Part shown: positions 1 to 12,238 of the stretch, in pieces
Numbering within the stretch: the first letter of the stretch is position 1
Layout: each line of letters begins with the position of its first letter
Source: Balanoglossus misakiensis
Lineage: Eukaryota; Animalia; Hemichordata
NCBI GenBank assembly: GCA_040954595.2
Contig: CM082582.2
Span: forward strand, 13,118,327-13,182,326
Direction: 5' to 3'
Length of the DNA stretch: 64,000 nt
The notes under the pieces: generated by a model
Seen by the model: the letters and a program-made list of their open reading frames with translations, nothing else
Told to the model about the DNA's origin: nothing
The model's database searches: none
Program-made: the position numbers and the translations under genes

Positions 1-72
1 TATTGCTATAGGTTAGGATGCTATGTACATGTGCTCTTAATGATAATAACAGAATATTGAAAGAAGCTGATA

Positions 73-78
73 TTTATT
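73..78 (-). promoter_or_regulatory. Candidate polyadenylation signal (AATAAA) of VKR
   Basis: TTTATT on + strand about 580 nt downstream of the VKR stop codon, in AT-rich UTR-like sequence. Confidence 0.35.
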
Positions 79-652
79 TAAATAATTTTTTTACAAGTAA
101 ATACAAAATAAAACTTGTTCACAATTACATATATAATGCAATACACAACTGATATGAGGTAAGTGAGTCTTAACACACTGGAAAAGAAGTCTGCTGTGTA
201 GTATGATCATTGACAATTTCAGATTTTTGGCCGTGCGTTGTCACGGCCAATAGTTGGCACCTAGTCTCCCTGGCCAGTCCACCTTCTTAAAGTCATCTAA
301 CACAGCCTTGTGGATGACATATCGATGACACAAAGGTCAACAAACACCAGTTTATGAAGTTCATAATACAGAGATTATACCATAGCAAGGTAATATACAT
401 CTGCATCATCATAGCAGGGTAATAAACAAATATATCACTAAAATATATAGCTGAGGTATATACATTGTAAATTTTGTTAACACTAATAAAATGTGTGTCT
501 ACCAGAGATGACTGTCACTTTACACCTTTTTTTAGTTTACTTATTGTTTGTAGTCCATGACAGAATAAAATGGTAAAAAAAACATGAAAAAACAGCAATT
601 GTTACCGGTTCTGTTTCTGGGAATCCATGGTAAGTTTTAATTGTTCACTTCT

Positions 653-3600
653 TCACACTATGGTTGACATGATTTCTGTCATAGACAGTGATGGCCTGAG
701 TGGAAAGTCTGCTAAGGTAATTGAATTGCGAGATATTTCCATTATCTTTGGTTTGCTCCTCCGATGATTATGCAAGAGACTGTCCTGGCTGCTGGCTGAC
801 TGGTGTCGACTCTCAGACCCTGATTGACTTGAGAGATCATCGGAGCAAACACTTTCATTTCCGATGCCGTCATCGTCCTCTGAGTGACTGATGATGATCT
901 GAACACTATGTTCTTCAACGTCCATTTTATCCTCCCCTACACTGCTCAACTCACAACGTTCGGGAATACTCGGAGGCACACCTCCTCCAAGCGAGACCCT
1001 CGAAATTCTCCTCTGCCTAGTTTCACTCACAGCAGTTTTCACCGGTTGCTCCTCAGGCTCTTTCCCAAAAGTTGATGGATTTTTGGTCGTTGATATTTTC
1101 CGTTGACGTCCTGGCATCATGTGTTTCGACTGCTGTATCTTTCTGATCAGATCAACATCCTGTTTTGTTAAAGTGCTGGATCGACGCGTATTCCGGCGAA
1201 TCTCCGGGTACCTCTCTGCCTGCCGCCTTTGCATCTGAGGAGTTCGCGTGGAATGTGATCTCTGTATGCCGCCATATTTTCTCTTCATAGGAGGAGATTG
1301 CATTCTGTGCTTGTTTCTGTTGCGTCTAGGTGGTAACGGTGGTGGTGGGTCGGTTGTGATGGATGTTTCTTTGCAAGACGATGGCAAGTACAAACAAGGT
1401 GTGATGAGTGAAGGGTGTTCACCAAGTAGTTCCATGATTTGCAAGGGTGTAGGTCTTTCATCAGGATCTATTGACCAACACTTTTCAAACAGCTCCTTTC
1501 TGAAAAGTTAGACATAAAGAGAAAAATTGACATTCTGGTAAGAAAATTAATAAAAGTCCTTATATTACATTATACTGTCATTTATCCAGTCTTCTGCTGT
1601 GTGTGGCATAGTGGTAAATGATTTAACATTCTGAAGTAAACTTACAGTTGCACATTACATCCCTCTGGTGGTTTTAGAATCTCTTGGTTTTTCAGCGCTT
1701 CTAAAACCTGAGTGTTTGATAACCCTTGGTACGGAAAACTACCAAAGGTGACAATTTCGTAGAACACCACTCCAAGACTCCAAATATCACTTTTGAATGT
1801 AAAAATTCCGTCAATGAGACTTTCTGGTGACATCCACCTCACTGGTAACATTCCTAGAAAAAAAATAATTATAAAAGATTTCACAAAGAGCTTTCATTCA
1901 CATGTTATATTACACGGTCTTATAGTATTGAGCCACTCTAATTTGTGATATTTTTTGATGTTCTCACCTTTCTTGTCAAATCTGTAGTAGTCAGAATCGT
2001 AGAGAGGTCTTGTCATTCCAAAATCCCCAATTTTGACCACATGACTGGCATGAACCAAGCAGTTCCGACATGCTAGATCCCTAGTTGAAACAAATTTGAC
2101 AAAATTAGTTCGAAGCATTTCTTGTGTACGGTTTGACATCAGAGTCAAATGCTAACTGCAACTAAATCACTCAGAGAGAGAGACAGTCAGCACCTACCTG
2201 TGGACAAAGTTTAAACTAGACAGATAATCAAGTCCTGCTGCAACATCAAACGCCATCTCAGTAAGCCGCTCTGGTGAGATTTCATCTGAGTTGATTTCAC
2301 CAGATTGTGATACAAAGTGTCTTCTGGATAGTAAGAATGTCTTCAAGTCACCTGAAAGATCATAGCAAATGTCCTGGTCAGTCAAATCCAACAATATATT
2401 TTGCATAATGAATTTGTATAATTGAAACAGCCTGGTTCAGTTTACAACCAGGTTTGTCTGTCTCCAATAGAGTGTAATTTTAAGTGTAGGATGCACTACA
2501 AAAGAATGATATTCAATTATTAAAATTACTTTATTCCTACCATGTAACATGTATTCCATGACAGCATATGCAGGTTCCCCTCTGGTACACACTCCGAGAA
2601 GTGATACAATGTTGACATGGTCAAGTTGTTTCATCATTTCTGCTTCACTCAGGAAGTCCAACTGTTACCATGGAAAAGAGACAAGTTTATGTATAAGCAT
2701 CAAATTTCTGCTAAATCCTAAAGTCATCTGGTCAATAATCAAAATAATATGATAAAGTTAACTTACTTTATCTTCAATTGAGGATCCAACTTTGAGTGTC
2801 TTGACGGCCACAGCTAGCCACTGTTCTTCAAGCAAAGCCTCCCCTCCGTACACCATACCAAATGCACCTTCTCCCAGTTTACGATTCAACACCACACTTT
2901 CTCTTGGCATTTCCCATTCATCCATTGCCAGGAATCCTTCATTCACCTTCAGTCCAAGTTCTTTTATTCTTTCATCTGTGGCCTTCACTTTTCTGTCATA
3001 TCTGTTTGGGATTGGACATTACTCGACATGAGAGAGGATCAGATCTTCAGCTATATTCTGTAATGTGGTTAGATTTACTCACAAGTGACTATGGTCTACT
3101 CGCAAAGTGAATATATTGCACTAACCTCTTCTTGAAAATCAAACATGTGACAAGAACCAGCAAGACGACAGAAATAATAATAAAGAGATTGACGATGACG
3201 ATGACAGTTGAGCATTCTGTATCTAAAGCCTTGCGTAAGCCCTCTCCAAAGGCACATGGAATGTAATCTAAAGGAGAGAAACCATAAGAGAAAATTAGAC
3301 TTCATGAAACTGGTAATTTCACTGGAGGTTTTGAAAACAGCAGGATGCAAGGAAGATGTATGAAGTCAAGAAATTATATTATTTATTATTACCTGATTTA
3401 CCATCTGTGGGTGGTTGTCCAGTCACCCAGATTATCAAGTCTTCATGTAAAATAAACTGGTCAGTTTCATTTTTTTTTACAGGAATATATAAACCAATAT
3501 TCTGTTGATAATAAAGACAAAACGTGTAACTTGTGTAGTTAATGTTGGTGTGACAGTGTATGTATGTGTGTGGAACATGTATGTGGTTCTGTAATTGTAC

Positions 3601-6600
3601 AGTGGTTACCTACCGTAGTCATGTTTGGGAAAATCTGTAGGATGTCGGTTGTAGAAACACGATCAGGTCCACGAAAAAAGACATTGCCAGTCAAACCATC
3701 AAAGTCTGTGTCATCGATAAAATCCATGTACGCCCTGTAGAAATATGGTATAATTAATAATGGTGCATATCGATCATTCAGATCAAGTTTTCTAAAACTC
3801 CTTACTCCTTAATGACAATAACAACAAAGCGAGTCATGTACATCACACTAAAGACAGTAGCAGACGACAAAATGTGTCAAATTGGCCAAAGTTCTCCATG
3901 GATACTCACTGTACTGTTTCATTGGATGTTATCGTACTCAAAGCAAAGACATCATACTCCAGTAATCGATCCAGTGCTATAGCAAATGCCCAGACTGTGT
4001 CATACGCATAGGGTGCATAAGATGAAGGTGGGATTCCCTACAATAAAAGGATATGTAACATGGATTAGAGATGGAATAGAGGACCAAAAGAAATGTCACA
4101 TATGTCACATACTCAGTTCAATTGTAGAGCAAATAACTTGGATATTCAAAAGACCTCTAGTGTCAGACACAAACCTTAGTGTCAACAATTTCATGGTATG
4201 CATCATAGAATTCCTTGACGGTGTAACCACCAACCACTTCTTTATTTTCATGTTGCATGTTAGTGGCAGAGAACGCTATCAAGCCTTGCACAGCAATCTC
4301 CATCTGAGCGGTTGTACATGGTACACTTTCTTGTGGTGAGTGTGCAGGGCTGTTGTAATAATCTGTGTCCCACCATTTCTCTTGGAACCAGGCCGGGATG
4401 AACCACTGGAAACCTTCATGTGCCGTAGTTCCCTGTTGGAAACCAAGGAAAAGAAATTTGCTTATTCCCACTTTGTGAAGTGAAGACTGGTTTTATTGAA
4501 GAGAATGATAAGTTTGATAAAAAGGTTGAAATGGATTGTAATTATTCACCAAAATGCAAATAATCTCACCTGACGGTAAGCTTCACAAAACACAGCCCTG
4601 GCAGCGTAATCGAAGAAGTTTCCGATGACGATGTGTAAGTCTTTGTTTTTGATCTCAGATATATAAAGTGACATGTCTAGAGAATGCTGATAGGCAGGGA
4701 ATTTCCGACTCGATATGACTTCAATGTCATTGGTGGCTAATGCTTCATTAAGAAGATTCACAGTGGGAATAAAATCTTGGCCGTCTTCTGTCAATGTTGC
4801 ACACTGAGTCCAATCAAAATATTCAAAGAATTCCACGTAACAGTCTCTGGAATTCAAGGAAAGTAAATCAGATTAGTTCAAGTTTTTTAACATATTTATT
4901 TTCACATACAGTTACAAAACACTTGTACAATGTATTTAGAAATTCTCTCCACCATAATAATAAATCCTTCTGTACTTACGCATGGTCGGTTGCAGAAGGG
5001 TACGTTCTGTAGAAATAAGGATATAATTCTCTAGAGGATAGTTTTGGAGATTCTGTGCTGTAACTTATCATGATATTCCTGAAATACTTTGCCATTCCAG
5101 CAACAGTTTCGGCTTCTGCAGAACATGCAGGTCCCACAATACCTGTTAGAATAAACACAAAATGAGGTTGGCAAGGTTGTGGCAGTGGATGTAACTGTAG
5201 GTGGTAATGAACTATGAAATGACCTGATTATCAGTTCATTCATTTTCATAACAACAATGGACTATTAGCAGAAAATCCACAGACATACTTACCAACTTTA
5301 GTTCTCTCAACATCAGTCAGATAGTGCAGATAAGCCAACATAGCCTGTTGATCATTACACTGTGCATCATAGGAATGCATGTCCAGATTGTAGATGCTTA
5401 GAATGTCAGGGTCAGCATTGACCGCCTCTATAGCCATTCTTGCAGCTGGTTCTATGCCAGGGTCTGGCCACACAAAGCCACTGTTGGAAAACATACCACC
5501 TAAGTATATGGTCTGGTTCACTACAACACCTGAAAAGAGGAGAAAGTTTATTTTATGATGAGAAGGACTTTCCAAAGGCCAATGATGCATGCTCTTTTTA
5601 CTTTTTACTTTTTTAGGCCTGTGTTCTGGGTGTATGTACCTAAACTTACACAATTATACAGGTTTAAAGGCCAAAGAGGCTGCAGCAGTCTCACCTGGGA
5701 TCCATTCAATCCAAATATGTTCATTCTCCTGTACCCACACACAGGCAGCTTGCTGTTCACTCAGTTCATTGACATACATGTCTCTAAGAATACTGTCCAT
5801 CTCAACTTGAGAGAATTCCATGTCTTCAAGAACACTGTAGGCATTTGCCAGTCCCCATTCCACTCTGTGCCAGGCATACTTTTCCAGTACATTCAGTTTG
5901 AAATCACAGGAATTGTCCTCACTGTTTCCCAGGCAGTTTGGAAATGTTATTCTGGAGTAGTTTCCGGTTGATGTGATTCCGTTTGAAACCCAGTTCAGGA
6001 AGAGTACAGGAAGGAGTCGGTCATGGCAATAGTTCACATAACTGTCGATTTTTGGACCAATCCAGGCTATGCTTACATTCAGTTCCAGGGATTCAATCTG
6101 TCCAATTAATGTGTCCTTGTTCACATCTAGGATGGTTAAAAGACAAAACAATTATGTCAGTCAAACCATGAATGGACAAATTGGTCAACATGAGAACTAA
6201 CAAAATAAAGAACATATGACACTCACAACTGATGTTATGTTCTTGAGAAATCCCAATAAATTTGTTAAGCAGCATCTATGGTATATCCTCTGTATAGTCC
6301 CACAAACTGAACTGAAGCAAAACTCACCTGTATATTCAGCCAACAACACAGCACAGTTAGATTCATTTCGAGGACAATTACTGGGTCGGTAAACACCATC
6401 CACACAATCAGGGTCTTCACAGTATCTCTCGTTATCTCTGTCTGTTCTCAGTGTCAACTCATCCAAAGTCACCGGATCAATCCAAAACAGTTCATTCACT
6501 TCAGGAAAAGTCAAGATTCTCCAGTCATCTCCAATTTTCTTGTATTTATCCCAGATGTACTCAACAACATAATCTGGCTCATACCAACCATACCTTTTGA

Positions 6601-9456
6601 AGGATAAAAAAGAAAAAAAAAACTTGAATTGGGTTCACATATTTTTTTATATATTTTTTGGTGAGTATTCAACGCAAGTTTGTTGATTTGTGGATTCATG
6701 GTTAAACTTCTACATGGCCTAGTTTGGGCAAATTTACGCAAACAAGAGTTTGACTTTTGGACAGGTATGAGCAGAGCTAAAAATAGGTCTTATATGCAAG
6801 GATATATTACTTCTTTGCTGACAAGGGAGTACAAATCTTTTTGTCATGCACATCCATGATGAAATAACTCTGTTTTTTACCTGCCAGCTGTACCAAGCTG
6901 CCCAGCATCTGAGACCAAGCCAGTGCTAACCCAGTCATCAGCCGTGTCTTTAGTGTTGATGTCAATCCAGGTCTCAATGGAAATCATCGACTCAGGAACT
7001 GGAGCAACATTGTTGTCGTTACATTGCCTGAATCACAGCAGGGGAAAAACGAAGAAAAGATGTCATATAGCGCCCTCACCCCAATAACGAAAATTTGGCA
7101 ATAATGAAAATAGGTCAGCAGCTGAAGGCCAAATCAACTCACCATGGTTTTGCATTCGAACATCCTGATAGTCTCTGCATGACAGAAGTGATGTCCATGG
7201 CACCAGGAGAATGCACGATATCAACATCACGTAATCCTAAGACTTCAGTGTAGAGGATAGCAAGTACATATGTGACTACAAGCTGAGATGATTTGTTACT
7301 TGTTTCTATGACAACAGGAATGATCTCCCCATCTTCATACCATACTCTCTCAGCGGGCTCTGTTTTAATAAAAAAATATAAAAGTCAGACAGACATCATT
7401 TTCTGCCCCTTATTTGCAAAAGTAAAACACAATTCAATTATATTTTATTTCATTAAACAAAACCTTCAGGAAAGGACAACTGGTTGATCATGTTTAATGA
7501 ATTAATTAAATTTCTGTGTTCAGCCTGACAACTATGAAGTTGACTATTTATCACGTCCACCACAAAATGATATTGATTTCTCCACTCTGCTATAGAGTTG
7601 CTTGGAAATGAAATTATTTTCTCTCTTTATTGCTGCATGAAGTGGTAATGGTTTTTAATTTGAACTTGAAATTCCTCCTTGTGAAAAATAAGAAACCCAA
7701 TGAAGAATGAGGAGACTGGAGATTAAAGTATGGGGATTCACACGACACCTTTAGGTTTGTGGTCACAATGGGGAAGCAATTATGCCAGGTCACCTTTCTA
7801 CAGTGTCAGTGCATTGACTTATCTGTACTAGATCATCAGGGAAAAGTTCAATGTACCAGCAATAGAGATATGTGTGATGTCTCTTCTATGTACAGTTGGA
7901 CACTGTGTCAGGAGAGATAAAATCACCAGAACTACTTATGAACCTGGCATGGTAAACTGATAAACAATTCTAATTAGCAGATTGATAATTTACAATGCCT
8001 ATCTTGTCAATTCTCAACCTGATACTAACAGAGTTCGAAGGTTAATAAGGACAGAGTTCAGACAGTATTTTAGTCTAGGGTTGTGATTATAACGGATGGA
8101 TGAATCATTAGATTTTGGGAGAGATGGTGGGGTGCTTTATGAAACATTCTTTGGAAGCACTGTGGGAATTCATCAAAAACTCTCTTGAAAAAAAAACATT
8201 TCGGCTTCAAAAATAAAGACTTAATCCTGTTTTGTTCATATATGCATGACAGAGAATTTACCTGTCTATCGTGACTGTAATAGCATTTGATTGAATTTGG
8301 TTTTTCTCACTGTCTTTAAATTTAGATAATCATTTGCCCTAGTTTGTTTCATATATGTCACAGAGCCCATTGTTACTGATATGATACAATAGACAAAGTT
8401 ACATAACATAACCATTTGTAGCCCAACATGAAATGCAATGAAATCTTATTGGCTATCACTCTACCATAGATAGAATCTGATTGGCTGGTTAAGTTGCATA
8501 TACAGTTTAAGTTACTGATTAATTGTTATTGTTGAAAATTTCAAGGTTACTCTGCATTGGATTTATAAACATTTCACATTGTAATGCCACATAACAGCAC
8601 CTTGTTTCCATGGCAGCCATTTGGCCAAGGAATACATTTGCCCATAACATATAGTGGTTTGCAATGGTTTGGTAGTAATAAAACATTCTGAGAGCTATTT
8701 ACTGAAAAAAATGCTCTACTTAAAATCACTGTTTGCCTATTGTTATATTTATGGCACAACTTGTTTGCTTTCTAGATCAATTGACATCTTGTGTATGACC
8801 TGAACAACTCCAAATGGCTATTTTAGTTGTGTAAAACTTGAACACTTACTTGAAAACTGGACAATGCAAACACCTGCATAATAAATCACTGTTACCAACT
8901 ACCATTCAACTAATATACACGGTCACTAGACAATATTCTAAGGCCATAATTCTAAGATACAGTGTTAAAGCAAAATGTCATTTCATTAAAAATCTTTAAG
9001 CGTCAACATCTATTTTGTTGACCAGTTGCTTTTGGCCTTGGCGGTGACTCAAACAGGTTGCTACATGCGTTCAACTTACAAGCTCTTCAGATCATGTACC
9101 CGATCCGTGTTTCATGTTTTCATGAGTCTGAATCACGAATTAGAAGAAACGACGATATTCTCAATGATTTCTAGTATAATTTTAAGAGAGTGAGATGTCA
9201 GCATTGGAGTACAGATGCTTCACATGAGCTTACATTGTTAAATGACAGTTTGTAATCATGATATAAACAACATTGAATCAGTCAACTTACGTGGTCTTTC
9301 AAGTAAACATTTGGATGGTATCGTCCCGTTGTTCTGTGTTTCATCTTTATCTTTTCTGGGTCGGAGGAGAACTTCGGCAGTGGTTGGTATTAAAATGTCG
9401 GACAGAAATAACGTCAGCAGAAAGAGAAAGACAAGTCGGAGGCAAATATTTCCCAT
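653..9456 (-). CDS. VKR: Venus kinase receptor: signal peptide + PBP type-2-like domain + Venus flytrap (ANF_receptor/GABA-B-like) domain + TM + insulin-receptor-like tyrosine kinase; 19 exons, about 1446 aa
   Basis: Phase-consistent GT-AG exons: 9456-9291, 7359-7143, 7027-6881, 6593-6328, 6126-5695, 5529-5293, 5142-4980, 4846-4570, 4432-4175, 4037-3910, 3734-3614, 3501-3393 (alternative donor 3402), 3267-3126, 3001-2767, 2661-2541, 2351-2198, 2080-1968, 1853-1646, 1499-653 (sum 4341 nt). Kozak CACCATGG and hydrophobic signal peptide. VFT motifs IYLGGMF, GPACS, ISYS...[58 protein letters not shown]. Kinase motifs [48 protein letters not shown]. Confidence 0.92.
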
Positions 9457-12238
9457 GGTGATGCGAATCCAACTCTTCGTGGAGGTTGTAACGGCACGTG
9501 CGGTTGAAATAAATATGCCACCTGGGATTCTGTTCTTCTATGGGTCTTCTGCGATCATTGAGGACGGTATGTCGGTCAGGAACTTGTACATCTACCTCAC
9601 CCAAACATGGTCCCAACACAAACTCTCAAATTTAAACGGTCTTCAGAGGAAGCCAGGCTCTAACTTTTGCGCGACGATGAAATATTAGGACGACATCAAT
9701 CCCGGATGCAAATCTTCAGCCCAGGTGGTCAAGCGCAGACTACAAGATGTGTTTATCTGAAGGTCCAATGAACACGCGTGTGGACATGCGCAAGTTGTGC
9801 TTGCTGATCACCCACGTTTCGTAACACGGTGATGGTATAACTTTTTAACCCATCTGTTATGACTGTTCGATTAATTTTCAACAAGTCAACATTGTCCGAA
9901 TGAAAATTCTCGTCTGTACAGTTAACAACGACCCCAAGCCCGAACACCGGTGTCTATGATATTCTTCGACATGATAGGCTAAACTTTAGTCTTTCCGCAA
10001 CAAGTATAAACATGCAGGAAAGTGGAGCCCGATTAAATGTTAGACTGAAGTCAAATAAGACAATCTAGCTGACACATACAGGCAAGGGTTTTGATGACAA
10101 TGTCGGGCAAAGTTCAATTTTGTAACAAATCAAACTTTAACTAGCTATTACTAACTAACTTGCAATGTCATTGATATGTGTCCGTCTAAACGCTACGTAC
10201 GCATAAGGTCTGGCAAAACGAGACTGTTAAAAATATTTCAACCTCGAGATACAGAAAAAAATCATTTAACGTTCATTTTCGATATAGTTCCCTAACACCT
10301 TATATATTGGAGTTAACATACATAGCTTTTGGTAATTTTTATCGAGAAAGGAAAACATCGAAAAACGGGTCAGAAAATAAAGCGGTCCCAGAAATGCCCG
10401 CGCCCGCAAAATGTGTTTGTTTCAGTGTATCCCAGTCATATGCCTGATTGAGTTAATATTGTTCCCAGAAATCATAATTATCACAATTCACGATATAAAC
10501 AATGACAAAGTGGCATAATTTAGTTTATAAAGTTTTATATTGCAAGTTTTTTGAAGAATCTTACAATGACATGTTTATAAAATACCTTGAAACTTCAAAT
10601 GGTACTTATTTTCCAACATTTATAGCCTTATCTGTAAACGAAAGAGAGTGAAAGATCAATTCAGACAAGTAACCATCTAATCATTTGCTTTCCGTAAAGC
10701 AAAAGCTAAAATAATCCATCAAATTGATTGACTTATGACTTAACAATCTAAAACAAATCCCATCAAACTTGAAGGCACGATATTGTTATCTGCATATTCT
10801 TAACGTAATTATTTTGGGCTCGCAGGAATTCTTATTAATGAAAACAAGAAATGGACAACAAACAACCAATGAAGTTTTTTTCTGTCGTGAATTATGTACT
10901 GGTAAATATCAAAGCACATTGATGAAAACTGAACATAAACTAATCTTTGCAATGTTAAATTGTAGGTGGCAATAAAGTCTAACTGCTTGGCAAAACAAAC
11001 TTCTTATTTATTGTCCAACTGAAGAGTTTGGAACTTTAAACTACATCCATGTGATGGCAAATTGTCACTGCATTTTGGAAAAACAAACTTGTGTTGCCAT
11101 ACTGACTGTTACTACTATCAGAAAGTATTAGTCTTACTAGAAAAATCATGAAATTTTCACCCATTCTGCAATACTCTATAACAACATCAGGTACATTGTG
11201 TTAATCTGAACATCTTCAAAGTCAACAAGATCATTTAATCTTTATTATTTTTACAGAATTGCAATGGTTTGTCCATTATTGGACTGAAAAGTTTTAAACT
11301 TTCAAATAATTTGGAAGGTTTCGTACAAGTATTATACCTAAACACAAACATTGCCATGAAGCCCAGTTTAACTATAGCTTAACCTGTTTTTTGCTGACAA
11401 ATTCTATCTCAATAATTTGAATTTTTTTAAAGGTGCTCAATGTAAAGTATTCATTTTAGGGGCAATTCTAATGTGTAACTCAAAAAACTACAAAATTAAA
11501 TGGAACAATACAGGTAAGGGCTCTCTTACTAAAACTATGAACATATAAAGAGAATTACCCCTGAGATAGACATATTTACATATTCCATACAGATTTAAAC
11601 CCCTTCAAAAAAACTTGAAAACATACACTTTGATAAATATAGAAATAGAAAATACCAGGCTGCAGCTTTCCACAGCATTCTTTGCAAAATATTTTACATT
11701 GTCTTTTCATGTTTTACATGCAAGTCAAAGGCCACAAGGTGCAAGAATAAAATTTAGAGCATGATTTCAAAAAGGAAAGCAATTGAGAGAAGAAGGAAAA
11801 TGTGTGCTGAAACCATAGGTTGAAATGTTTAGGCCCCTAAGGACTGGAGGGGAACGTGAATGATAAAGTTGCTTTTAATTAAAAGTATAGATAAGCCTCT
11901 CAGAAATGAGAACGAAATGATATAATTATGATATGGGTGGGTTCTTTAATTCTAAATACAGAAGACATGTGTGAGGAGATGTTATAATAAAAGGGTAGAG
12001 TCTCTCACTATTGACATAGCTTTTTTAAAGTCAGCTTCTCTTGATAGCTTATTTTGGTTCTCCTCACTGAAATATGCTCAGTCGGTGGTTTGATGCGATT
12101 GAACTCACCACCTGTATGAGTTCAGCTGGGACACACTGGTCAGAGAGAAGCATGTTTCAAAGAGCAGATCCACATAATTAATTTGTCCCTTTAAAGGTTT
12201 CTATCATTTACACACCATCACTGCAGAGTTGAGTCTTG

